The notes beneath the pieces are model-generated. The model worked only from the letters and a program-made list of their open reading frames with translations. It was not told where the DNA came from and searched no databases. A stretch of 64,000 nt of DNA from an uncultured cyanobacterium (lineage in GTDB: Bacteria; Cyanobacteriota; Cyanobacteriia; Cyanobacteriales; Nostocaceae), in assembly GCA_963706595.1 (NCBI GenBank), contig OY970166.1, forward strand, positions 1,824,001 to 1,888,000. Reading direction: 5' to 3'. Position numbers and translations under genes: made by a program. Positions within the stretch are counted from its first letter, which is position 1. The number at the start of each line of letters is the position of its first letter. This document shows, piece after piece, positions 39,203-49,692 of the stretch.

Positions 39203-39376
39203 TGGTCATTAGTCATTAGTCATTGGTCATTAGTCATTGGTCATTGGGAAGTTACCGTCTTCTCCCCACTGCACCCTGCACCCTGCCCCCCTGCCTCTTT
39301 CCCCCCTGCACCCCTGCCTCTTTCCCCCCTGCACCCTGCACCCTGCCCCCCTGCCTCTTCTTCCCCACTCCCCATT
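39203..39376. repeat. STRR heptamer tracts (GTCATTA/G)n and (CCCTGCA/C)n; others near 38385-38418 and 56697-56760
   Basis: Visible tandem 7-mers. Confidence 0.85.
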
Positions 39377-39452
39377 GCTCTAATTTTTCCGTAGTGCTGA
39401 TGTGGCGTTTTGAAGTTATTTATATAAATATGCTAACTAGGAATTTTTGGTT

Positions 39453-40709
39453 ATGAAGGTCAATTTGCAGCCTACCTTGAATGATGGTAATTTGGACGCG
39501 CATCAACCGAGCAGTCAACGTCAGTTGGCAATGTCGATTTCGGCGATCGCGGAAATTGAAGACCGTAATATTCCACTGAATTTATGCTTAATTTTAGATC
39601 ATAGTGGTTCAATGCATGGGCGACCTCTCGAAACTGTGAAGCAAGCGGCTATTGGTTTAGTTGATAAACTCAAGCCAGGCGATCGCCTCAGTGTTGTCGC
39701 TTTTGATCACCGTGCTAAAGTCTTAGTCCCTAATCAAACCATCGCCAACCCAGAAAAAATTAAAAAACAAATTAACAGCCTAGCCGCCGATGGTGGGACG
39801 GCAATTGATGAAGGTTTACGTTTGGGCATAGAGGAATTAGCCAAGGGCAAAAAAGAAACTGTTTCTCAAGCCTTTTTATTAACTGATGGCGAAAATGAAC
39901 ACGGTGATAACCAACGCTGTTTAAAGTTTGCTCAACTGGCGACTGGCTATAATTTGACTTTGAACACGTTAGGATTTGGTGACAAATGGAATCAGGATAT
40001 TTTAGAAAAAATCGCTGATGCTGGCTTAGGTAGTTTGTCCCACATTCAAAAACCGGAACAAGCCGCAGATGAGTTTAACCGCCTGTTTAGCCGAGTGCAA
40101 ACAGTGGGATTAACCAATGCTTATTTGCTGATTTCCCTGATGCCTCATATCCGGCTAGCGGAACTCAAACCTATTGCCCAAGTTTCCCCAGACACGATTG
40201 AGTTACCCATACAGCCAGAAGCCGATGGACGTTTTGCTGTGCGCTTGGGTGATTTAATGAAAGATGCAGAGCGGGTGATATTGGCTAATATTTATCTGGG
40301 ACAGTTGCCAGAAGGTAAACAGGCGATCGCTCATGTCCAAGTCCGCTACGATGACCCGGCTCAAAATAAAATGGGTTTATTGACAGATAAAATCCCCGTG
40401 TATGCCAATGTGACTGGGGTTTACCAACCAGAGGTAGATTCGGGTGTGCAACAGTCTATTTTGGCCTTAGCCAAATACAGACAAACCCAGTTAGCTGAGG
40501 CAAAATTGCAACAGGGCGATCGCGCCGGTGCGGCGACAATGTTGCAAACTGCGGCGAAAACTGCTCTGCAAATGGGGGATCACAGTGCGGCGACAGTGTT
40601 ACAGACCAATGCTACTCAACTTCAATCTGGTGGTGACTTATCGGATAGCGATCGCAAGAAAACCAGAATTGTCTCAAAAACCGTGTTGCAAGATACTCCT
40701 CACCAATGA
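39453..40709 (+). CDS. vWA domain protein
   Basis: MIDAS LDHSGSM, GGT, LLTDG. Confidence 0.9.
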   Translation: MKVNLQPTLNDGNLDAHQPSSQRQLAMSISAIAEIEDRNIPLNLCLILDHSGSMHGRPLETVKQAAIGLVDKLKPGDRLSVVAFDHRAKVLVPNQTIANPEKIKKQINSLAADGGTAIDEGLRLGIEELAKGKKETVSQAFLLTDGENEHGDNQRCLKFAQLATGYNLTLNTLGFGDKWNQDILEKIADAGLGSLSHIQKPEQAADEFNRLFSRVQTVGLTNAYLLISLMPHIRLAELKPIAQVSPDTIELPIQPEADGRFAVRLGDLMKDAERVILANIYLGQLPEGKQAIAHVQVRYDDPAQNKMGLLTDKIPVYANVTGVYQPEVDSGVQQSILALAKYRQTQLAEAKLQQGDRAGAATMLQTAAKTALQMGDHSAATVLQTNATQLQSGGDLSDSDRKKTRIVSKTVLQDTPHQ

Positions 40710-42013
40710 AAGTTCAATTGCTCTGTGCCTTAAATGATACTAATGTTGATGCGGCTCAATCGAGCAACCAACGTCAACTATCTATTTCAATTTCTGCACT
40801 CGCTGGTGAATTTGATCAACATTTGCCACTCAACTTATGCTTAATTCTCGATCAGAGTGGTTCGATGCATGGTCAACCCATCGCCACAGTAATTCAGGCC
40901 GTAGAGCAATTATTAGATCGGCTACAGCCCAGTGATGGCGAAACGCCCACCTCCGGCGACCGCATTTCGGTTGTAGCTTTTTCTGGTTCAGCCCAAGTGA
41001 TTATCCCCAACCAAAAAGTCCAAGACCTCGAAGGTATTAAAGCCCAGATTAAAAAGAAACTCAAAGCTAGCGGCGGTACGGCAATTGCCGAGGGTTTACA
41101 ACTGGGAATCACAGAACTGATGAAAGGGACAAAAGGAGCAGTTTCCCAAGCATTTTTACTCACAGATGGTCATGGTGAAAGCAGTTTACGGATTTGGAAA
41201 TTTGAACTTGGCAAAGATGACAATAAGCGCTGTCTAGAATTTGCCCACAGAGCGACTAAAATCAACCTGACTATCAACACCCTTGGTTTTGGTAATGATT
41301 GGAACCAGGATTTATTGGAAAAAATTGCTGATGCCGGAGGTGGCACTCTCGCCTACATTGAGCGTCCTGAACAAGCATTAGACCAGTTTCGTCATTTATT
41401 GCGGCGCATCCAGTCTGTGCGGCTCACCAATGCCTATCTGTTGCTATCTTTGGTTCCTCATGTCCGCCTAGCAGAATTTAAACCCATTGCCCAAGTTGCC
41501 CCAGACACCATTGAGTTAGAAGTGCAAACAGAAACTCATGGCGGCTTTGCCGTGCGCTTGGGTGATTTAATGCAAGATATGGAACGGGTAGTTTTGGCGA
41601 ATATTTATCTGGGACAATTACCAGAAGGTAAACAAGTCATCGGACATTTACAAATCCGCTACGATGATCCATCTGTGAACCAACAGGACTTAGTGTCGCC
41701 GATGGTAGCGATATATGCAGATGTGGTCAAGCCCTATCAACCTGCGCTCAATCCCTCAGTACAACAGTCTATTTTGGCATTAGCCAAGTATCGACAAACT
41801 CAGTTAGCGGAAACCAAATTGCATCAAGGCGATCGCGCCGGTGCTGCGACAATGTTACAAACGGCTGCTAAAACCGCCTTACAAATAGGAGATCAAGGTG
41901 CAGCCACAGTGTTGCAAACTTCTGCGACGCGTCTGCAAGCAGGAGAAGAACTTTCGGAAGCAGACCTCAAAAAAACGAGGATGGTATCAAAGACAGTCTT
42001 ACAAGATTCCTAA
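40706..42013 (+). CDS. vWA domain protein, tandem paralog
   Basis: LDQSGSM, GGT, LLTDG; ATGA overlap; similar to the neighbour over its full length. Confidence 0.9.
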   Translation: MKVQLLCALNDTNVDAAQSSNQRQLSISISALAGEFDQHLPLNLCLILDQSGSMHGQPIATVIQAVEQLLDRLQPSDGETPTSGDRISVVAFSGSAQVIIPNQKVQDLEGIKAQIKKKLKASGGTAIAEGLQLGITELMKGTKGAVSQAFLLTDGHGESSLRIWKFELGKDDNKRCLEFAHRATKINLTINTLGFGNDWNQDLLEKIADAGGGTLAYIERPEQALDQFRHLLRRIQSVRLTNAYLLLSLVPHVRLAEFKPIAQVAPDTIELEVQTETHGGFAVRLGDLMQDMERVVLANIYLGQLPEGKQVIGHLQIRYDDPSVNQQDLVSPMVAIYADVVKPYQPALNPSVQQSILALAKYRQTQLAETKLHQGDRAGAATMLQTAAKTALQIGDQGAATVLQTSATRLQAGEELSEADLKKTRMVSKTVLQDS

Positions 42014-42160
42014 GCGTAGGGTGGGCATCTTTTTTGCCTACCCTTTCAATTCATGGTGTTGTTCATGGAGCTATACAGCAAGAATTATTCGACCACAGAT
42101 ATACACTTGGATACAAATGTACTGCTATACTCCGCAAGGTATTATATTTTTTCCCTGACC

Positions 42161-42634
42161 ATGACTAGCATGATTAAATTTCCTTGGCAGCAAGAGACTA
42201 TAATCATTCGCAGCCAACGCATTCTCAACAGTTTTCAGCATTGGCTAGGATATTCTTTGTTGAATGTGAGTGGTTCACCCGCAGAAATAGCCCAAGCGTT
42301 GTTTGAAGCACCTTTTATTTTAGCTGCTCACGGTACAGAAGCAAATCCGATTTTTAATTATGGAAACTGCAAAGCTTTAGAACAATGGGAAATGTCTTGG
42401 GAGGAATTTACCCGTACACCTTCACGAAAAACGGCTGAAGCGGTAGCACAAGAAGAACGCGATCGCTTGTTAGCAGAAGCAGCAACTAAAGGCTTTAGCT
42501 ATTTTTCCGGTGTGCGAATCACCAGCACAGGTAAACGCTTTCAAATCGAAGACGGTATTCTCTGGAATCTTTTAGATCAGCAACATCAGTATTGTGGTCA
42601 AGCTGCTGTCTACTCTAAATGTGAATTTATCTGA
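42161..42634 (+). CDS. MEKHLA domain protein
   Basis: LFEAPFILAAHGTEANPIFNYGN...PSRKTAE...GVRITSTGKRF. Confidence 0.88.
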   Translation: MTSMIKFPWQQETIIIRSQRILNSFQHWLGYSLLNVSGSPAEIAQALFEAPFILAAHGTEANPIFNYGNCKALEQWEMSWEEFTRTPSRKTAEAVAQEERDRLLAEAATKGFSYFSGVRITSTGKRFQIEDGILWNLLDQQHQYCGQAAVYSKCEFI

Positions 42635-42730
42635 CAAGACACTAATTCATTAAATAAATACAGATAAATCCGTACCTCAGTAGACTAGGAAACGCTATAA
42701 CTAACGATTGAGTCCCTAAAAACTTACTTA

Positions 42731-42913
42731 CTATTTTTTTCGAGCTTTCCAAGTCCCACCGTAAACATAAAACGGGTTATTTTCACTCACACCCGCCCAA
42801 CATTCACGACAAACAAAAATCCAGTCGCCTGCTTTTTCCAACTTCACCCTAAACAAAATCGGTGCAGATTGACTACACCGATTGCACAATTTCACTCTCA
42901 TAGCACCTGACAT
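42731..42913 (-). CDS. Small Cys-rich hypothetical protein
   Basis: CNRC...CREC...NPFYVYGGTWKARKK. Confidence 0.7.
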   Translation of the reverse strand: MSGAMRVKLCNRCSQSAPILFRVKLEKAGDWIFVCRECWAGVSENNPFYVYGGTWKARKK

Positions 42914-42918
42914 TTACC

Positions 42919-43995
42919 TCACGCCAAAGCTGAAGCTTGGGGTTTAGCAAAAATCATCCGTCCGGCGGAGGTTTGCAAAGCACTGGTGACAACTACTCGA
43001 ACTTCACCACCAACATAATTACTACCTTCCTCAACCACAACCATTGTGCCATCGTCTAGGTAGCCAACGCCTTGACTAGGTTCTTTGCCTTCTTTGAGAA
43101 TCTTCAGGTCAAGATTATCACCGGGTAAGTAAGTAGAACGCACAGCATTTACTAAGTCATTGACGTTCAAAACAGGCACTTTCTGCACACTGGCTACTTT
43201 CGATAAGTTGTAATCATTAGTTAGCAGTGTACCGTTGATTTCTTGGGCAAAGCGGACTAACTTAGCATCCACTGTGGCAATGTCTTCATAGTCAACGGGG
43301 TTAATTAAGATCCGGTCTGGGTACTCCTTCTTAATGCGCGTGAGAATTTCTAATCCGCGCCTTCCCCGTACCCGCTTTTGGTCTTTACTCGCATCGGCTA
43401 CTTGTTGCAATTCCTGCAAGACAAACTGGGGGACTAAAATTTGTCCTTCTAGAAATCCGGTTTCCAGTAGGGCTTCAATGCGACCATCAATAATGCAACT
43501 GGTGTCTAAAACTTTAGTATTGGCAGGTTTTAGCGTCCCTTCCACTACCATTGTCTCTACGGTGTTGGGATTAATGAACCGCAATAAACCCCGCCCGTGG
43601 GTATCGGCTAAATTCATCCCGGTGACAGCCAGCAAAATACTGCCCACAACTGCCACCAATGGCTTAATAAAGCCAAAATCCGGCGGGATAGGCAGCAAGA
43701 ATAATGGGGCTAGCATTAAGTTAGCTAGCAATAGCCCAATTACTAAGCCAATGGCACGAGTTAAAATCATTTCTAGGGGCATTTCTCGGACTTGTACTTC
43801 TAAGCGCCGATATGACGTTTGGAAACTCAGTCCGATAGCACCGCCAAGAATAGCGGCAAAGACGGCTACAACTAAGCGTAAAGCTTCTAAATTTGTGACC
43901 GCATCTAGGGAACCATCGGGTAGTAGTTCAATGCTATAGAACCCTATTCCCGCAGCAGCTAGGATGAATGAGATAATGATAATGGCATCAAGCAT
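42919..43995 (-). CDS. PIN/TRAM domain membrane protein (YacL-like)
   Basis: TM helices; VLDTSCIIDGRI, TNDYNL, GYLDDGTMVVVE. Confidence 0.92.
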   Translation of the reverse strand: MLDAIIIISFILAAAGIGFYSIELLPDGSLDAVTNLEALRLVVAVFAAILGGAIGLSFQTSYRRLEVQVREMPLEMILTRAIGLVIGLLLANLMLAPLFLLPIPPDFGFIKPLVAVVGSILLAVTGMNLADTHGRGLLRFINPNTVETMVVEGTLKPANTKVLDTSCIIDGRIEALLETGFLEGQILVPQFVLQELQQVADASKDQKRVRGRRGLEILTRIKKEYPDRILINPVDYEDIATVDAKLVRFAQEINGTLLTNDYNLSKVASVQKVPVLNVNDLVNAVRSTYLPGDNLDLKILKEGKEPSQGVGYLDDGTMVVVEEGSNYVGGEVRVVVTSALQTSAGRMIFAKPQASALA

Positions 43996-44238
43996 AGTTT
44001 TGTGGTTTTCCTGCGATTGTGTGATCCTATCAAGTCAAGTATTTTTCATCGGTAAGAGCGATTGATCAATCTTGACTTACACTAGGCGTTGAAGCAGGGA
44101 ATATCTGCAAATATTATAACCAAAGTGTTTTCTGTGAATATTTTGCATGATTTTGTGGTATAAAGATAATTTTTTGCAAAAAACTGCTTATTTTCGTTGT
44201 TTATAATTTTCAGTTAAATTAATTAATTCTTTCTCATA

Positions 44239-45420
44239 ATGAATCAAAAAGTTAATATATCGGGCATTACCAGTTCTGCTTATGTCCACATTCCCTTTTG
44301 CAGGCGGCGGTGTTTTTATTGTGATTTCCCTGTGTTTGTGGTGGGCGATCGCCTGCGGGGTGAAACATCTGGTACTATCTCTCAATATGTAGAGGTGCTA
44401 TGTCAAGAAATTGCCATGACGGCTGCATCTGGTGAACCTCTGAAAACAATTTTTTTTGGTGGTGGGACTCCTTCTTTACTATCTATAGAACAGTTACAAC
44501 AGATATTGGCAACGCTAGAAAAACATTTTGGGATTGCTGCTGGTGCAGAAATCTCTATGGAAGTAGACCCAGGCACGTTTGATTTAGCACATCTATCTGG
44601 CTATCGTAGCGTTGGCGTAAATCGGGTAAGTTTGGGTGTACAAGCGTTTCAACCCGAATTATTGCAGGTTGCGGGGCGATCGCACTCTGTTGTAGATATT
44701 CTCACATCTGTGGACTTAATTCACCAAGTAGAAATAGCCGAATTTAGCTTAGACCTAATCTCAGGTTTGCCGCATCAGTCTTTAGAACAATGGCAGGATT
44801 CTTTAAATCAGGCAGTAACGTTAACGCCTACTCACATATCTATCTATGACCTTACCATAGAAGCTGGGACGGCTTTTGGTCGTTATTACAAACCTGGGGA
44901 CAAGCCATTACCAACGGATGAAACCACAGTCAAAATGTACGAAACAGCACAGCAAGTTTTGACGAATGCTGGTTATGAACATTACGAAATTTCTAATTAT
45001 GCTCGTCCTGGGCATCAATGTCAGCATAATCGAGTGTATTGGGAAAACCGCCCTTATTATGCTTTTGGCATGGGTGCGGCGAGTTATATAGAAGGAAAGC
45101 GCTTCACTCGTCCGCGCAAAACTCAGGAGTATTACCAGTGGGTGAAAGCTGGGGGTGTAATTGATTGTGAAGTGACTCCAGTAGAAGAGGTATTATTAGA
45201 AACTTTAATGTTGGGGTTGCGGTTGGCTGACGGTGTGAGTTTGGCAATGTTGGCTGAAAAGTTTGGGGAAGGAAAGGTAAAAGAAATTCACCAATGTTTA
45301 CAACCTTATTTCGCTAAGGCTTGGGTGGAAGTTGTTGGGGAAAGGTTGCGTTTATCTGATCCCCAAGGGTTTTTGTTTTCTAATGTGGTTTTGGCTGATT
45401 TATTTGAAAAGTTGGGTTAA
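44239..45420 (+). CDS. hemW: Radical SAM heme chaperone HemW (HemN-like)
   Basis: YVHIPFCRRRCFYCDF, GGGTPS, YEISNYA, HNRVYW. Confidence 0.92.
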   Translation: MNQKVNISGITSSAYVHIPFCRRRCFYCDFPVFVVGDRLRGETSGTISQYVEVLCQEIAMTAASGEPLKTIFFGGGTPSLLSIEQLQQILATLEKHFGIAAGAEISMEVDPGTFDLAHLSGYRSVGVNRVSLGVQAFQPELLQVAGRSHSVVDILTSVDLIHQVEIAEFSLDLISGLPHQSLEQWQDSLNQAVTLTPTHISIYDLTIEAGTAFGRYYKPGDKPLPTDETTVKMYETAQQVLTNAGYEHYEISNYARPGHQCQHNRVYWENRPYYAFGMGAASYIEGKRFTRPRKTQEYYQWVKAGGVIDCEVTPVEEVLLETLMLGLRLADGVSLAMLAEKFGEGKVKEIHQCLQPYFAKAWVEVVGERLRLSDPQGFLFSNVVLADLFEKLG

Positions 45421-45576
45421 TTAACCGCCTTTGCGCGCGAAGGTTCAGATCCCCGACTTCTTCAAGAAGTCGGGGATCTATATCTATATTGGGATAATTA
45501 CTCGTTTCATGTATATTTGACCTAATCACCATGATTGCCAAAATAAAAAACCGAGGAAAGTTGTAGAAATGCTTAT

Positions 45577-45912
45577 ATGAAAATTCCGTCTGATGCTATT
45601 ATTGCGGACGAAAAAATCACCGGCTACTTATTAGTACCACGAGAACAAGATGATAAATCAAAGTTTCTTGCCCAAGCTGGATTTACACAAGAAAACCCAA
45701 AACTCTTACAAGCAGCAATTCGACAACTGGCAGATTCAACATTAGCAACAAAAGATAGAGATAATGAATATGGAGTGTTCTATCGCGTCACTGGTGAATT
45801 AATCGGCTTAAATCAGCGAAACTTACCAGTGATTACAGTTTGGCTACAAAGGACTGCTGACAGAAAGTTTCAATTTATCACACTCAAACCTAACAGGGAG
45901 ACTTTTCGATGA
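45577..45912 (+). CDS. DUF6883-like protein
   Basis: AII.DEKI.GYLL...DKSKFL..AGF; ATGA-coupled to the DUF4926-like gene. Confidence 0.7.
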   Translation: MKIPSDAIIADEKITGYLLVPREQDDKSKFLAQAGFTQENPKLLQAAIRQLADSTLATKDRDNEYGVFYRVTGELIGLNQRNLPVITVWLQRTADRKFQFITLKPNRETFR

Positions 45913-46154
45913 AATTTGAACTATACCAGCGTGTGGCTTTAAATCGTGACTTAAACGAATATCAGTTAAAACAAGGTGATGTGGCAACTTTAATTGATTT
46001 TGTTCCTCATCCTAGCAATGGTTCAGAAGGATGTGTTTTAGAAGTATTCAGTGCTATTGGTGAATCAATAGCTGTTGTCATCGTTCCCATAACTGATATT
46101 AAACCACTGAAAAATCACGAAATTTTAAGTGTTCGCTCTTTGGTGGAAATTTAA
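45909..46154 (+). CDS. DUF4926 family protein
   Basis: LYQRVALNRDL..LKQGDVAT...LEVFSAIGESIAVV. Confidence 0.78.
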   Translation: MKFELYQRVALNRDLNEYQLKQGDVATLIDFVPHPSNGSEGCVLEVFSAIGESIAVVIVPITDIKPLKNHEILSVRSLVEI

Positions 46155-46248
46155 TCTGTGCAGTAGCTCATTTTGACTCAATCTTTTATAATACGAGAAT
46201 CTGAGGGTTATTTATGTGAATGAATTAACACAGATATGCGGATATTTT

Positions 46249-46686
46249 TCAATTATTTGATTCTGGAAAAAAATCGGCTGATAAAATTTCTGTTAAGCTG
46301 TAACAACAAGTTTCAGGAAATAAAGATAAACCTGTTTCTTTTTCAGCGCTGATGGTAGCCAACGGATAAACTTTGTCTATAATTTCGGTAAGATGAGATT
46401 TCAGACTAGGATTTTCTTGCAGCAGTTGTTCTAAACGTAGACGTTGTTCTTTGATGGTTAATTGCCAACTGCGGGAACGGAGATTAGGCTGAAATTGCCA
46501 TTTAAGTAAGTGCATTATTAATATTTCTAATCTACTGGCTAATTGTCGTTTTTCAGACCGTCCCATATCTTCGATTTCTTCAGCAATTTTTAGCCAATCT
46601 AATTGATGTATTTGTCTTGTTCTCAACAGATGCGCTTGCTGTTGTGTCCAAGCATAAAAATCATTTTCATGGCTGGCTGGGTTCAT
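46249..46686 (-). CDS. DUF29 family protein
   Basis: DFYAWTQQQA..L...EEIEDMGRSEK...HLLKWQFQP..RSRSW...NPSL. Confidence 0.9.
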   Translation of the reverse strand: MNPASHENDFYAWTQQQAHLLRTRQIHQLDWLKIAEEIEDMGRSEKRQLASRLEILIMHLLKWQFQPNLRSRSWQLTIKEQRLRLEQLLQENPSLKSHLTEIIDKVYPLATISAEKETGLSLFPETCCYSLTEILSADFFPESNN

Positions 46687-46855
46687 AGTTTTTCAGTGAA
46701 TTGTATGGGGTTTCCGCGTCTGCTTGGGTACAAATATATATATCTGACTTGGGAGGACTTAATTTTTTAGCAATTATTTACAAATACCACTTGATTAAAT
46801 CGCTAGGATTATGTATTATATTAATTACTCATCCAAAAAATAAAAAAATATTTGA

Positions 46856-46870
46856 TCGCGCCAAGCGCGA
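46856..46870. promoter_or_regulatory. GC hairpin TCGCGC-CAA-GCGCGA downstream of the putative DGR variable region
   Basis: Perfect 6-bp stem with 3-nt loop ~60 bp past the corrected stop, after a pyrimidine-rich tract on the coding strand. Confidence 0.6.
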
Positions 46871-46927
46871 GACGGTAAGAAGGGCAAAGAAAAAAGAGCA
46901 GAGTGCAGAGGGCAAAAGAGCAAAGGG

Positions 46928-48929
46928 CTAAAGAGTCCTCGCCGCCGCACCACTACAGACAACCCGAAAACCGATATTGTTGTACGCGTAGTCTGGGTTG
47001 AAGCTGTTGCGACACGGCAGAACGACAGCAAGCAGGATTGTGGTTCCATGAACCACCGCGCAGCAGCCGGGATTGATATTGATTATCATTATCACTTAAC
47101 CAAGCGCTACCGTCTGCGGGTGCATTATTATAATTTTCGTGCCACTCATCCTGACACCATTCCCATATATTACCACACATATCAAATAAACCAAAGGGGT
47201 TGGCATCAAATTTTCCCACATCGGTTGTTTGCTCTCGATATTCACCCTTTGGCCCTTGACCATAATTGCCTGGGTAAGTGGTTCCTTGATAATCCCAGTC
47301 TGTCCCTCGGTAATTAGCTAAATCCGTGGTAATTGTGTCACCAAAATAAAACGGCGTAGTTCTTCCCGCCCGACAAGCATATTCCCATTCAGCTTCACTG
47401 GGTAAGCGATAGGTTTTTCCAGTCTTTTGAGATATTCGGGCGCAAAACTCAACCGCGTCATCCCAAGAAACAGATTCTACAGGTCGATTAGCACCTTTAA
47501 AATGGGATGGGTCGGGATTTAAATCAATCTTGACTTTATCAAAAGCAGCAACGACTGCCCATTGAGCTTGAGTGACGGTATATTTCTCCATGAAAAAGTC
47601 TTGAATGGTGACGCTGTGCTGAGGACTTTCAGACTCACGTCGTTTTAGCTCATTTTTTGGCGAACCCATGAGAAATGTACCCCCAGGAATTTTCACCATA
47701 TCTATAACCACACCATTACCCAAGTCTTCTGTAAAATACTCGGCGCGTCCCCGACTGCGGTTGATAATTTGCCCTTGAGCATCCACCTTCACTATGTCAA
47801 ACTCAAATTGATTGGCTAAGTTTGGTGGTATTGGTTCAGGTGCGGTTAGTTTTTGTTGACCAATAATCCTTTTTTCTATTGGTGCTACATCTTCATCTCT
47901 CAAACCTAAATGTTGCTGATACTCTCTGAGGACATTGAGAGTTCTTTCACTCAGGGTCGGCTCATCTGCAATTGTCTCAACCAAGGCTTGTTTATATTCT
48001 TCTAATTTACCCTGATACTCTTGATATGGTTTTTGAACTTCCGCTTCAATAGAATTAGCCACACCAGAGTCAAGCTTCAAGCGATGGCGGAATGAGTTTA
48101 ACAGGCGACGGGCTATAGGAGTAAACTCGCCAAAATCATCAATGAGGCGTTCAACTTCCTTGCGATACTTCAGCCTGGGGTCATCCTTGGGCGACTTCGC
48201 CAAAACAATCGGACTACCCCGGTTCAAGGAATACATCTGTGGTGTCATGGCGGGGGATACTTCTTGCACTTTGCTTTTCGCATACTCATGCAACTCATCT
48301 ACTGCAATCCAACCATCCCCGTTTTTATCGGCTGCGCCAGTCGAAATCCCTTCTACCAGATAATTAGTATAAATCCCAAAGTCTAAACTTTCGGACTCCC
48401 AAGCCTTTTGTGTAGAACTACAAGCTGTGAGAATTGCCGTTCCTTCACCCCCTAACTGCTGCTTCAGGTCAATATCCCCACTATCTCTGGGTGTCATACC
48501 ATCGGCAAAAGCAGCACTATGACAGCAATCTAAAATTACCACTTTTCTCTTAGACTTGCTGAGATACATATAACTATGTACAGTTTCTGCTTTTAGGGCT
48601 GTGGGGAGGTTTAATTCTCCTTGATTATTTTTTTGAGTGATGGGAGTCGAGAAGTAAAAATCACCATTTTCGACGGTCAGCCCATGACCAGCAAAATAAA
48701 AAAGTACCAAATCATCTTTTTGACGATTCTGATACAAGTTAAAAATAGCAGTTTCCATTTCTTGCCGTTGAGGATTTATCAGCACAGTGACATCCTTCTC
48801 AGCAAAATCACCCCTTTCTGGGTCTACCAAAACTCCCCGCATCGCCGCAACATCTTTCTCCGCTTTGGGTAGCTGTGCTAATGGTGGCTTATATTCACTA
48901 ATCCCTATCAGTAGTGCTATTTTCGCCAT
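46928..48929 (-). CDS. Caspase (peptidase C14)-linker-FGE-sulfatase/CLec protein, putative DGR target; +1 frameshift near 47015
   Basis: FAGHG / LDCCHS dyad; RLPSEAEWEYACRAG, GNIWEWC, LRGGSW. Removing one base restores ...CRSACRNSFNPDYAYNNIGFRVVCSGAAARTL*. Confidence 0.85.
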
Positions 48930-48930
48930 T

Positions 48931-49323
48931 TTAGCTGTTTGATGTATTGTTCAAAAAATCCTGTGCTTTTTGGATAGCCAATTCCAATTCTTGTGCATTG
49001 CTAACTTCTACGTGGAGTTTTCTGCCATCAGCCGCTTCCAGATCCAGCTTAAGTCTTTTGTTGCCGAAGCGATCGCCCAGAAATTTAAACACAGTCTTAA
49101 TATGCGCCGGGTTAACTTGTGCTTTTAACAACCCCCACACATAGCCGCTTATACTCCTTGTACCCTGGGGTGCGTTTTCCTCTGCGACTAAACCTGCATC
49201 TTCTACACCATCAACTTTTTTTAACTGGGGGAGCAAATTTTGGACTTTTTTTTGCAAATCCTCATCATCCAAACCCAGTTCAGTGAGAGAAATCGTCACC
49301 TGAACGTTAGATGTATTTACCAT
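48931..49323 (-). CDS. EACC1-like small protein coupled to the caspase
   Basis: 130 aa, ...APQGTRS...LLKAQV...F.FLGDRF...; 1 bp from the caspase start; family call inferred from context and recall. Confidence 0.6.
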   Translation of the reverse strand: MVNTSNVQVTISLTELGLDDEDLQKKVQNLLPQLKKVDGVEDAGLVAEENAPQGTRSISGYVWGLLKAQVNPAHIKTVFKFLGDRFGNKRLKLDLEAADGRKLHVEVSNAQELELAIQKAQDFLNNTSNS

Positions 49324-49692
49324 ATCAAGCGCTTAAATATAATTTAGAGTCATTTTAAACGATTGTATCCGTTTTTCTGAGTAGTTTACGAAATATTCAG
49401 GGAGAAAACGCTGAATTTGCACTGTAACCCACATTTGATGTTTATGGGCAGTTTCAGTTGTTCAGATGGCTGGTTTGTTTCTCTGTGCTGGCTGTTGTTT
49501 CCCAATTTTTATGAAACGAACCACATAAAGCCTTCCGCATAGCTAGAGCCTCCGGCACGCTACCGCGAACGCTTATGGCGCTAGCCTCTCCCTTTGGGAG
49601 AAGACACCAAGACACTAAGGAATTATGTATATTAATTTACTTCTAAACTGCTGTAATTGGGAATTTTGACTTCTGGCTCAGGCGTTTTAGGG

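Noticed and set aside
39137..39456. ORFs 39137-39394 and 39223-39456
   Set aside because: Translations of STRR heptamer tracts.
43334..43939. 201-aa plus-strand ORF and other short ORFs antisense to long genes (ileS, ATPase, kinases)
   Set aside because: Shadows of well-supported genes on the opposite strand, with no motifs.
46700..49690. Complete DGR cassette
   Set aside because: No reverse transcriptase, Avd or second copy of the variable region was found in the window.
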